A stretch of 64,000 bases of DNA from the NCBI RefSeq assembly GCF_036321535.1, contig NC_087447.1, positions 33,544,001 to 33,608,000 on the forward strand. The letters are read 5' to 3'. Numbering within the stretch: position 1 is the first letter of the stretch; each line of letters starts with the position of its first letter. Shown here piece after piece: positions 1 to 11,899 of this stretch. The translations under genes and the position numbers were made by a program. This DNA is from Camelus dromedarius. Lineage: Eukaryota. The notes beneath the pieces were generated by a model, which was not told the origin of the DNA, did no database searches, and saw nothing but the letters and a program-made list of their open reading frames with translations.

Positions 1-1080
1 TCTGTTCTGTTCCATTTATCTATTGATCTGTTTTTGTGCCCATACCACACTGTTATGATTACTGTAGTTTTGTACTAGAGTCTGAAATCTCCTGGAAGAG
101 TTATACCTCCAGCTTTGTTCTTTTTTCCTCAGGATTACTTTAGCAATCCTGGGTCTTCTGTGGTTCCATATAAATTTTGGGATTATTTGTTCTAGTTCTG
201 TGAAAATGTCGTCGATATTTTGATAGAGATTGCATTAAATCTATAGATAGCCTTGAGTAGTATAGCCATTTTAACAATATTAATTTTTCCATTCCAAGAG
301 CATGGGATATCTTTCCATTTCTTTGAATTATCTTCAATTTACCTTATAAATGTTTCATAGTTTTCAGCATATAGTTTTTTCACTTCCTTGGTTAAGTTTA
401 TTCATAGGTATTTTTGACATGATTTTAAATGGTATTGTTTTTCACTTTCTGATATTTCATTATCAGCATTAAGAAACACAACAGATTTCTGTATATTAAT
501 CTTGTATCCTGCTAGCTTGCTGAATTCACTGATTAGTTCTAGTAGGTTTTTTGTGGAGGCTTTAGGGTCTCTGTATAGAGTATCATGTCATCTGCAAATA
601 GTGACAGTTTTAGCTCCTCCCTTCCAATTCAAATCATTTTTATTTCTTTTTCTTGACTGATTGTTGTGGCTAAGACTTCCAATACTATGTTGAAAAGAAG
701 CCATGTAAGTGGGCATCCTTGTCTTCTTACTGAATTTAGTGGGAACTAAACATTGAGTATGATGTTGACTGTGGTTTTGTTGTAAATGGCTTTTATTCTT
801 TGACATTTGCTCCCTCTATACCCAGTTTGATAAGAGTTTGTATCATGAATGGATGTTGAATTTTGTCAAATATTTTTTCTGCATCTATTGAGATGATCAT
901 GCATTTTTTGTCCTTTCTTTTGTTCCTGTGGTGTATCACACTGATTTTTATATGTTGAAACACCCTTTTTTGTATTTATGTAGTATTAGGTTTTTTTCTC
1001 CTTTTTCATTTTGTATTTGTTTATGTGGGTCCTATTTCTTTTCTTCTTAATGAGCCTGGCTAAACATGTTTGTAGATTTT
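1..1080 (-). mobile_element. LINE-1 ORF2 fragment (degenerate)
   Basis: Antisense sequence matches the L1 ORF2 region encoding [28 protein letters not shown]; frameshifted. Confidence 0.9.
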
Positions 1081-1099
1081 GTTTATCTCCTGCATCATT

Positions 1100-2860
1100 C
1101 TTAATTGTCTTTACTACATTATTCCCACCCACTTTCAAATATCTATCAACTTCTCTTAAAACAAAACAAAACAAAAGCCTCCCTAGACCCCAAGTCACCT
1201 TCCAGCAGCTGCTGCTTTTCATTGTTTCTCTTTACAACAAAACCTCTCAAAACACTTGCCTATACTTGCTGTCTCTGACTTCCTTACCTTCCTTTCTGTC
1301 TTAAACTTAACTCCTAACAAGCTTTTATCACAGCCACTTAGCAATGAGACTCCTCTAGTCAAGGCTAAGAAAAGATGTTTATCTTACCAAATCAACTGGA
1401 CAATTTTGGGTCCTCATCTCCTTCAATCCTCAGAAGCATGTGACCCAACCATTCACCACATTCTTCTTAAACATTTGGCATCCATTGCAAAACCCTCTGA
1501 GTCTTCCCTTTAAATTCCAAGTTGGTTCTTCTTGGTCCCTTTGCTGGTTCCTTCTCCTCCCAATTTTAATTGTTGACCCATGGATCAGTCTTTGTGTCTG
1601 CTGTCTAGACTCCCCTCCAAACACTCAATTTGAGTTTGTACTGGAATTATATGGAGGGCTTGTTAAAATAAATCACTGGACTCCACATCCAGAGTTTCTG
1701 ATTCAGTTAGTCTAGGGAGGAGCTTGAAAATCTGGATTCTAACAGCTCACCAGATGCTACTGCTGCTGCTGCTAGTCCAAAGATGACACTTTGAAAGCTG
1801 CTTCCCTAAATGATTTCATCACTTCTTTGGCCTAAAATACCACATTCATGCTGATGACACCCAGAAATATGACTCCAGCCCCACTTTTCCCCTTAACTCT
1901 GGACTTGTAGGACCCAGTGCCTCCTTACATCTCCTTGTGGACATCAAATAGGATCCTCAAACACAACATGACCTAATATGACTGAACGAAAGCAGTACCC
2001 CTGCTAGTCTTCCTAGAGGTAATACTGAGGAGGCAGCCTTGACTTCACCTGATCCCTCAAGCACCACATTCAATTCATCACAAATTTACAAATCCCTTTG
2101 TTTCTACCTGCAGAATACATTCCAAACTTGAATGCTTCTGACCACCTCCTCCAAGACATCCCTAGTGAAAGCCATCATCTCCTCTGGACCCCTGCCGATA
2201 GCCTCCTATCTGACCTCTCTAGTACACCCTTGGCCCTCTGCATTCTATCCTCCACAGAGTAGCCAGTTATATTGCAAAAATGCACATCCTACGTCACTGC
2301 CCCACTCAAAATCCTCCAGCTGCTTCTCAGCCATGGAAAACAAAAGTCCAAACTCCTTTCCATACCCTCCAAGGCCAAATATGATCTGTCTTTTGCTTAC
2401 CTCTCTGACCTTAACTCCTACTTACTCTCGTTCTCGCCTTCTCCGCTTTAGTTACCTTGACCTTCTAGATTTTCCTCAAACTCACCCAGCTTGGAGCCTC
2501 TGTACTTGCAGTTGCACCTACCCAGTATGCTTTCCCCGCAGGTGATGATACGGCTTCTTGCATCACTTCAGGCAAGTCTCTGCTCTAATATCACCTCTTT
2601 CTTAAGGTTTTTCTAAGCACTTACTCTAAAAAGCACCTCCTTGTCACCTGTACTCTGCTATGTTCCTCTTTTTTCATAGCACTTATCACTAACTGAGCCT
2701 TATTATATTGTTGTCTACTCATTAATTGATGGTGTCTCCACTAGAATGTAGAGTCAATGAGAGTAAAGGCTGTCCCCTTCTTTGCTGTATTCCCAGCACC
2801 TAGGACAATAACTAGCAAATGGCAGCACAAAATTTTGTTGAATGAATAAACGAATGAATG
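1100..2860 (+). mobile_element. L2 LINE fragment with nested MER5A-like DNA transposon (~1630-1805)
   Basis: Pyrimidine-rich L2 body ending in ...ttgttgaatgaataaacgaatgaatg; MER5A hallmark ccagagtttctgattcagt. Confidence 0.75.
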
Positions 2861-3457
2861 GTCCTCATCTCTGTTCAAAATTTCTTTGTTCGTGTGTTAA
2901 TTACCTGTCTCTTCTGATTCTACACAAGCTCCATGCTCCAAGAGGGCAGGAAATTTGTTCTCTTGTTCCCTACCAAGATTGAGCAGCTGGACAGTGGCAG
3001 GCAAGTGTAGGCATTCAACAAATACTGACAGGAGTCAAACCTCGGCATGGGGTCCACCCATCCCCACTAGAGTCTCCCCCTAGACCTAGGGTCCTTTAAC
3101 TCTTCTCATCTCCCATTAGCCCCTCCTCTGACTCTGCTTCTTATCTCCATCTGTTCTGGCCCACTGGCTGTCAGGAGAACACAGTGGATTTAGAATCAGA
3201 GAGAAAGACGGTGATCACAGGAAACCTTCAAAGATCTTCTTATCCTCCTGATTTTAGACAAAACGATTTAAGACAGAGCCAACTCTGACTTCTCAGGGGA
3301 TTCAATCCCTCCTTCAATCACCCACTTGGAAACCAGTTTCTCCTTAGGTATAAATTACATTCATGCAGCCAGGTACTGACCCTTGCCTCTGTGGGGACAG
3401 GGACAGCTGGCTGCCACTACTCTCACCATGTACAGTCAAGAACCCACCAGGAAGCAG

Positions 3458-3568
3458 GACGTAGGCATAGTTCAGTGGTAGAGTGTATGGTTAGCATGCA
3501 CAAGGTCCTAGGTTCAATCCCCAGTACCTCCATTAAAAACAATTTTTTTAATTAAAAAAAAAAAAAAA
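3458..3568 (+). mobile_element. tRNA-derived SINE, camelid Vic-1-like
   Basis: A box tagttcagtggtagag, B box ggttcaatccc, then agtacctcca and an A-rich tail. Confidence 0.8.
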
Positions 3569-4929
3569 TAGAGGTGAGCTGCCCACGGACCACTGCTCTC
3601 AGGCTGAATGTTCCCTAGCCCCAGGTTTTCACTTAGAAGCACACACTTTCTATTCAAAGCAGCAGTCACCCACCATTCCCAGGCACAAATCAGAGCTGCC
3701 TGCCTCAGTGTCCCCTTACTAATACTGTGGGCACATGCCACGGGCATATGCAGTGAGTCAGGCACAGAGTCTGAGGTCAAAGAGGGCCCAAGAACTGATT
3801 CTGCCACATAACCTCTCCAGGCTTGGTTTTCTCATCTGAAAAGTAGGGCTGCTATGAGGCTGAACGCAATAGCACGCTTAAAATTCTGGAGATTGCGCAC
3901 ATTTTTGGGAATATGATGTAAGCAGCAGAACCCTTCCCCAGAAAGATACATAAATGCACAAGATTTGCATGCAATTCAGGGTGTCCACAGACTCCTGCAA
4001 GCTTGTCCATGGGCTCCAAGTTGAGATCACTGAGATACAATAGGTCCCTCCCAGCCAAGCACAATAATGGCTAGTTATTAATATTAATAATAAAGTATTA
4101 TTAAGAATATTTTACATATTTACTTATCTTCTGACTACACCTTCATTTGCTAAAAAAAAAGAACAGGAATCCCAACATGGACCTGCCTGTGATTCACAGG
4201 GCCTTGTGGATGATGAGCCACAAGCCTTTTGATGATTTGGTCCCGTGGGGAGGCTGTGTCTAAGGTCCTGTGGGATTCAGAGAAGCCAGGTGTCCTCCTT
4301 GGAAACCCGTCTGCTCCCTACAGTTCAGGGTTGCTGCCAGGACACTGGAGCTCAAGCCAGAGATGGAACAGCTGCCTTCCTTTTCCCTTGGCCCAGACGA
4401 CCTCTGTCATTCCACAGAGCAAGCATCCGGAGTACATCCAAATTCCTTCCTGTTGGCTCAGCTCCACAGACAGCTTGCCTCCCCCACAACCATGGCAGAA
4501 GAGGACATAAAGTTAGGAGAAAGGTGGCAGTTCTTCTCCTGTCTGAGTGCCCCATTCTTTTCTGAGGAATGCCCAGCACAGCACAGCATCAGATATAAGG
4601 GAGGCCTTCAGTAAATGCCAAGCACAGCGATGATGGATGGATGGATGCAAGGATGGAAGGATGGATGGTTGGAGATGAGCTAGGACTGAGCCAGAGATCT
4701 AGAGATTAGGAAACCTCAGAGCTAACTCCTCATACTCTTCATAATACCTGGATTCAAATTTTTATTCTTCAACTAATAAGCAGTATCACCTTAAATAAAT
4801 CATTTCCCACTCTGGATATCCATTTCCTCAACTGTGAAGTGAGAAAATGGGGCTTAAAAGGTGATTACGTTATAGGATATCCAGATCCATGCACTTGCTT
4901 TGCTGTCAGGCCAGAGAGGGCCCTGGCAG

Positions 4930-5420
4930 CCACGCGCAGCAGCTCCACAGTGATGCAGCCAGATGGCCGCCGCCACCAACACCGCCTGTCCTGGAGCTGC
5001 TCCCAGTGACTCTTGTTGCTCACCCGTGTGCTCTAACAATTCCTCACCTCCGCATCATGCCACCCACCTTCATCCCAGGTTCTGGGGCCTCCCTGATGCC
5101 ACTGAGGCAGGAGACATCTCAGGACTTACATGGCATCGATGCACATGCAGCCCGGATGTCTCTAGGGAGGCAGATGCCTCATGGAGGAAATCTGGATCCA
5201 TAGGATAAATTCTTCTCCCTGCCGCCATGCTGCATGGACTGTTTGGAGAGGCGGTGGTAACACATGACCTCTGTGAACACATCCTGAGAGACAGAGCCGT
5301 CAGCTTGCCAGGAACTGGTGGCCTGCTGGGTAATAATCACTTATATTTCTTTTCCCTCCTCCTCTGTTTCAGCTCCTTAGACTCACATTCCTCAATAAAG
5401 TGTTACTGCAGAAAGTGATT
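4930..5420 (+). mobile_element. ERVL solo LTR, LTR16-like
   Basis: Motifs ggataaattcttctccct, ggactgtttggagaggcggt and acattcctcaataaa resemble LTR16. Confidence 0.55.
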
Positions 5421-6054
5421 ATCTCATATGCACTGCGTGCCAACTGTGTGTCCTGCACTGTGTATTACCTTGGCTGACTGCAGCTACACCAACAATAATC
5501 AGCATTTACTGAGCACCGACTGTAAGCCGGGTACCAGCTTAAATGTTTTAAATGATTAAATCCTTTTAACAGCCCTACGGAACACATACTGTTATTACCT
5601 CTATTTTACAGATGAAGAAACTAAGGTGTATACATAAGTCAAGGACCTTGTCCAAGGTCACACAGTCACTACATAGAGGAAATGAAACACTCAAAACATG
5701 CCTGTGGGATGGATGATACTGATACCTTCCTTGACGAATGAGAAGCAGAGACTCAGACAGGTCAAGCAACTTGCAGAAGTCATGCAGCTACTAAGTGGCA
5801 GAGCTGCAACTGGCAATTCTGGAGCACGAAGCGTACAGAGCCCTCTCCAAGGATTCCTTCAACCCTGACATGTTAACCTGTTAAGTCTCTGATGAAAGAT
5901 AGATTCTTCTGGTGCTAGCTCCAGTTAGAGCTCAGGCCCACGGCCACAAAGTCCGTCTCTTCACCTGCTGCTCTCATCTTCCCACCAGCTTAGTCCCAAG
6001 GTGTCCAACTCTGTCCACCATCTCTCTGAACTTTTCTAAAAATATTCAGTCTGT

Positions 6055-8700
6055 TGTTCTAGATCGTAAATATGCCCATACGCAGATGTTTCCTGCCCCA
6101 CGCTGGAAGGGACCTGTACTGCCACCTCCTTCCACTTAAAGCTTGGCTCTACAGACACACACTACTAAGTATGAAATAAACAGCAAGGACCTGCTGTACA
6201 GCACAGGGAACTGTATTCAATTTCTTGTAATAACATATAACGGAAAAGAATCTGAAAAGAAAATACATATATGTATGTATATGTATCACTGAATCACTTT
6301 GCTGTACACCTGAAACTAAAATTGTACATCAACCACACTTCAATAAAAAAAATTTTGTTTAAAAACAGCAAAATCAATCAATCAGTCAATCAATCAATCT
6401 TGGCTCTACAACTTGCTTTAGCCAATGAAACTTGAGCAGGAGGGACACAAATCACTTCAAACCAGTAGCTTTAAGAGCCAGCTGATGCTTCACCTTTATT
6501 TTTCCGTTTGGCACGCAAGGACTAGGCTCTTAGAGGCTGCACTAGATCTCAGAGAGAGAAGAAGGTTAGGGAGCAAGGCCAATCCATGATGGTCACGTGG
6601 CATGAGCGAGAAATAAACTCACAATGCTGAAAATCACCAAGATGTGAAGGTTGTTCATCGCAACACCTACTCTTCCTGTCAATACATGAATTGGTACAAG
6701 AAATGGGGTGTTACTGTAACGATACAACAACAAATAAACTAAAAATATGTGGCACTGGCTGTGGCAGTGAGCAGAAAGGAACTGTATTATTGGAGGCAGG
6801 AAAGATGTTTATTCCTATCATACAGCGATGAAATATTTGATAAAGCTGTCATCTGAAATAAACGGGAAGAGAAAAACGTACTGGGCGAGACTGAAAAACA
6901 GAAAGTTAGTATGTGTCTTGAATGCTATTGGCTGCATTCGACAAGAACTAGGAGAAAGAAATGTGTTATGTGTTGCAGCTTGCCCCTCACCCCAAAACTC
7001 ACATGTTGAAGTCTTAACACCCAGTAGCTCAAAATCTCACCGTATTTGGAGATAGGGTCTTTACAAAGGTAACAAGTAATGTGAGGTCTTTAGGGTGGGC
7101 CCTAATCCAGTATGATTGATGCCCTTATAAAAAGGGGGCACAGAAATGGGGAGAGAGAGAAAATAGTGTGATGAGGCACAGAAAGGAGACATCAACGACA
7201 AGCCGAAAAGAGGAGCTGGGGACAGACGCTTCTTCACAGCCCCCAGAAGGAACTCACCCTGCCAACACCTTGACTTTGAACTTCTACCCTCCAGAACTGT
7301 GAGACAATACTTTTCCGACATTGAAGCCAGCCAGCCTGCAGAACTTTGTTACAGCCACCTTGACAAAGAAAAGAACTGGCCGCCTTGTGGATGGAAACGC
7401 AAGAGAACAGAGTTTAGAGATTCCAGGACCGGTACAGTTGAAAGCGAACTTCTCTCCTCCAAACAACAAAGAGGACAGAACTGAGAAATGCTCTGAACAG
7501 GCCAATCAAACCTCGGCCTTGAGGCAAGGATCAAGTCAAGGGTTTGGACACCCAACATATTGTTAAAACATCTGAACGAATTAAAGTGGTGCCAGCTCAG
7601 TCCTTTCAGTTGGACAAAATGGCTAAGGGTCTGGCTCTTCCAGGAAATTCTGATAGGCTCAAAGTAATGGAAATTAATTGGAAGTGTGGCTCTTGGTACA
7701 CAAAGCTGACTGGAATCAAATCGGTAAGAAAAATGACTACGTTTCATTCCTGTTTTACAGCCAAAGAGTCATACTATCTTAAACTAAAGGAGACTGTGAC
7801 TGTTAATGAAATAAAACAACACTTGGGCACCCAATCTTCTATGGGGAGGAAGCGGATTGAAAGTTTTTCAGCTGCCGAAGAGGGTAATGAAATTCAAAGG
7901 ACTCCCAAGAAAGTGAAACCAAGGGCCACAGAAAACACTGGGTAGGAGATCTACTTCCAAGAAGCCAAAGAACACACCGAATCCCTACGGTAAGGGGCCC
8001 TTGTAGCATCTCTCCCGTTAAATCTCCAAATTGCTATAACTTGTGTATCTTCCACGCTTCCCCTTTCTAAAAAAAAAAAAAAAAGGATGTAAGTTATTCT
8101 AGCCATTCTAACACTGTATATTGGGTATATGGGAAGTAGGTCATTTTTTATCAGATGATTGAGTATTTGGGGCAGAATTTTTAGTTCATGGGGATCTGAA
8201 GAAAGAGACCACTGGATGAGTGATGTAAAGCCCTATCACAGGGCCCTGGGCTTTGAGTGGACAGCCATGGCTGGAGAGCATTTCTGCACAGTCTCCCTCA
8301 AGAGAGGGGCTGGGGGAGGGTGTGTTTTGTGAGTTGAAAGGAGATCGAACCAAATATTTGTGGTGAGAAGAGAAGACTATAATAAACTGTATTATCGTTC
8401 ACAAATATTTGCTGCCTTTCTCTGGGGAAGGCCACTTCCTTGCTTTCTCAGGAAACCTGCTTCGAGTGAAAGCGATGTACTTCCAGGCAGACACTTTAAA
8501 GGTCAGCTCAAGCTCTGCCATATTCTCTTTACCTCTGTCACAACAACCAGCAATGTTCTCCGTAAAGGAGGCCCTGCCAGCTTGGTCCAGAGGTCTCAGA
8601 TGTCCCATGATGAACATGCAGAAACCAAACCTTATTAAGAGACACAGGGAAACCCAGCCTATACTGAGTGACACAACCATAAATTTCCTTCTGCTTAAAC
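6055..8700 (+). mobile_element. Old MaLR (MLT1) element, LTR-internal-LTR, with a nested MLT1A/B-like LTR at ~6962-7365
   Basis: LTR end catgagcgagaaataaact...aataca followed by internal start gaattggtacaagaaatggggtg; nested LTR carries agggtgggccctaatccagtatga and cttctaccctccagaactgtgaga. Confidence 0.7.
6154..6398 (+). mobile_element. 5'-truncated L1 3' end with 12-bp TSD
   Basis: Typical L1 3' UTR (gaatcactttgctgtacacctgaaact); perfect TSD cttggctctaca at 6142-6153 and 6399-6410; (caat)n tail. Confidence 0.88.
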
Positions 8701-9583
8701 AGTCCAAGCCAACAGACCTTCTACCTCATGAACATTTGGCTCCTCATTCCATGTATCCCACTGGGGCCGAGTTCTAGAGTATCAAGTTCTGGAATCTGGA
8801 GACTCCGGGCCAAGACGATAGATGAAAAAAAAAGAGCATTGGGCAGAAAAACCCAGCTGGAAGACTAACTATCATTTTGCCAGGAGATAAGAGTTCATAG
8901 CTTATCTTGAGAATACGTTTGCCAAGTTTGACATCGCTATGCAACAAGTAAGACTGTGTAATTGATTCCACGGCCCACCACGTTTCAGGCAGTCATTCTT
9001 ACTTGGGGAGGGAAGATCAGGGCACATCAGGGTGTCAAGCAGAGGACTTTAGGATATGCAGGAAACCTCTCCACTAAAGTGGAACTTTAAACAAGACTCT
9101 CTCCAGCTGTTTATCAAGAAGGGTAGTTACCTTTCCCCTAGACCAGAGACTCTTAACGCTGACTGCCAATTAGAGTCACCCGTAGAGATTTTACAAGACT
9201 ATCAAAGTCTAACATGAGCTTGACACTAGATGAAATAAATCATACTCTCTTAAAGGTAGGTCCTCAGCATCTGAATTTCTTAAAGTTTCTCAAGTGATTC
9301 TAATATGAAACCAGAGCCAGGAACACTGCACCAGAAAGGAAGTTCCTTGAGAGCCGGGGTCATGACTATCTTCTTCAAAGCTGCATCTCCAGCACCTAGT
9401 ACTGTACCTGGCATATCACTGATACTCAGTGAAAAAAGAAAAAAAAATCTATTAAATAAAATAAAAGAACACTAAGAAAATGAACCCTAACCCTGAACAG
9501 ACCATTCTATCCCACGTTGGTCTCTCCCTAAATGTAAAACATCATATTTCATCCTCTCAAATCTTGAAACTTTTTCTCTAGGA

Positions 9584-9798
9584 CTGCACTATCCAATACA
9601 GTAACCACTAGCCACATGCGGCGACTTAAATTTAAATTTAAAATGCTTAAAATTAAATGCAATTTAAAATTTCTCAGTTACACTAGCCACAATTTAAGCG
9701 CTAGTGCTCAGGAGCCGTGTGGTTTGTGCCAACAACATTGGCCAGCATCATGGATAGAGCATTGCCATCACCACAGGAAGTTCTATTGGACAATGCTG
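9584..9798 (-). mobile_element. MER3-like hAT-Charlie MITE
   Basis: Ends ctgcactatccaatac...ttctattggacaatgctg; internal ccactagccacatg. Confidence 0.8.
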
Positions 9799-9949
9799 TT
9801 CTGCAACAACCAATTCCATTTTTAACAGCTGCAAGTGACCTTGGTGATTTAATCCAACCCTCTCCCTTTATAGATAGTAATGAAATTTAATGGTAATGAA
9901 CATAAGGACATAAACACAGGTCCAAAAAACCAACTGCATCAAGATCAAG

Positions 9950-10960
9950 AAGGTAGAAGTCAGAGCTTAGCAATAGTAAGTGAAACAACAAGCAAACCCC
10001 TCCAGGATCTTGGTCCACAGCGAGTTGATTATGAATTAGTTCTGTGATGGGGCTCCAGTAACAGAAACCTGCCATGACCTTGAATATGAACTTGAACAAG
10101 GAGAGGATGCTCCGCTGTGTCCTGGTCAGACCAGACTGGAAGCACCATGTTCAGCTCAAGACACCAAACACCATTAGGGGCAGAGACAGTTGGCCAGGTG
10201 GTTGAATGAAAGAAAATGAGGGAGAAATTCAAAATGGTGTCCCAGAATTAACATTCCCAGAACCGGAAATGTTAATTCTGCAGAAAGGAAGAGCCCTTCA
10301 AAGCTGTCTGCAAATATCCGAGCAGATGTCTCATGGGAAAGGGATTTAGACTTTTTCTCTGTGGTCTTAGTGCCTCATTACCTGTACGAATCTTTCCTGA
10401 GTGCCACCTCTAAGTGCTACGCATCGTGCTAGGTACTGATTTATGATGGAAAACAGAACAAGTGGAGTCATGGAGTTATCTGTGACCTACTGGGGAACAA
10501 AAACATATACAGGAAACAAAAAAATGTATATGTACTTCCAACTTATGAAAAGAACTCTGAAGGACTACACACCAGGAAATGGTAGTTGATAATGAGACCT
10601 TACCTCATAGGCAAGATGGTCAGGGAAGGCATCCTTGAGAAAGTGGTATATAGAAGTAAGAGCCAGATAGAGGAAGTGCAAATGTAAATAGGTTTTCCAG
10701 GCAAGCAAAAGGCAAGCAGGAATGATGGTGTGGGTCTTGGGAAAATCTTGGGGTAGTCAAGGAACAAAAAGGTGGCTAATGTGACTAGAGTCATTTAAGT
10801 GGGATCAATGGAAGGACACTGCATTAAACCAAAATGTGTCTTCCTTTAAATTATTTCTAACAGAGTAGTCCAAGACTAATAGGAGTTGCCTCATGATACA
10901 GTCTTATCTCTACCACTGGGGGTGACCAAGCATTGGATCAGACTATTGGGTTATAGGACA
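9950..10960 (+). mobile_element. L3/CR1 fragment interrupted by an antisense L2 fragment (~10370-10800)
   Basis: cctggtcagaccagactgga..catgttcag and gtctgcaaatatc..gggatttagactt resemble the CR1 ORF2 3' region. Confidence 0.6.
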
Positions 10961-11076
10961 ATTAAGGTTTCCCTTAAAGAATCCTCTCTATAATGAGGGA
11001 TCTATTTTAAGAATTTAAGAACCATGGGCAAAGGCATATACAAAGATGGACCTTGAAGTTTGTCAGAAATCTGAAT

Positions 11077-11343
11077 TGGGAGATTGGGATTTGCAGATAC
11101 AAATTACTACATATAAAACAGATAAACAGCAAGGTCCAACTGTACAGCACAGGGAACTATGTTCAATACCTGTTCAATATAGGTAATAGCCTATAGTGAA
11201 AAAGAATATGAAAAGGGGTATATCTGTATATGTATAACAATCACTATGCCAACACCAGAAACTAACAAAGCACTGTAAACTGACAATACTTCAACAAAAA
11301 AGAAGCAAATCAAACATTAAAAGAATATTTTTCAATTAAAAAA
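11077..11343 (+). mobile_element. 5'-truncated young L1 3' end with 12-bp TSD
   Basis: TSD agaaatctgaat at 11065-11076 and 11344-11355; L1 3' UTR motif gtacagcacagggaactat. Confidence 0.88.
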
Positions 11344-11866
11344 AGAAATCTGAATCAAGCCAAGTTCCCATCAATAGGCAAACAGATGAATACTTCATGG
11401 TGTTACACAGCAGTTCAAACTAACGAACCAGATCCATATGTCCTCAAAAGAATAATGGCGAGTGAAATTATAAGCTTCAGAAAGATCCATGCTGTATGAT
11501 GAGGCCATTTATATAATGTCTTAGACAACACAAAGCAAAGCTAACAGTTACGGATTGTTTACTATATGCCCGATAATATTCTGACACATTACATGAATCT
11601 AGTCAATCCGCAGAACAATCTTGAGATAGATGCTTCATTATCCCCACGTTCCGCATGGGAAAAATGAGGCAAAGAAAGGTCAAAGACCTTCCCCAAGGTT
11701 ACAGAGCTAGTAAGAGTCAGATCTGGGATTTGAATCTAGGCCATCTGGCTCCAAAGGCTGTACATTTAGCCCTGAGACATGTGCCCTTGCTGTTACATAT
11801 CTTGTATATGGACACACGTATGTATACAAATGTGATCACATATAAGCCCACAGGTGTGCACGTGTG

Positions 11867-11899
11867 TACACACATACACACACACACACACACATACAC
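11867..11899 (+). repeat. Imperfect (CA)n microsatellite
   Basis: tacacacatacacacacacacacacacatacac. Confidence 0.9.

Noticed and set aside
2132..2545. 137-aa ORF
   Set aside because: Within a degenerate L2 element; no homology to a known protein recognised
7544..7945. 133-aa ORF
   Set aside because: Lies in a decayed MaLR internal region, non-ATG start, no recognisable intact domain
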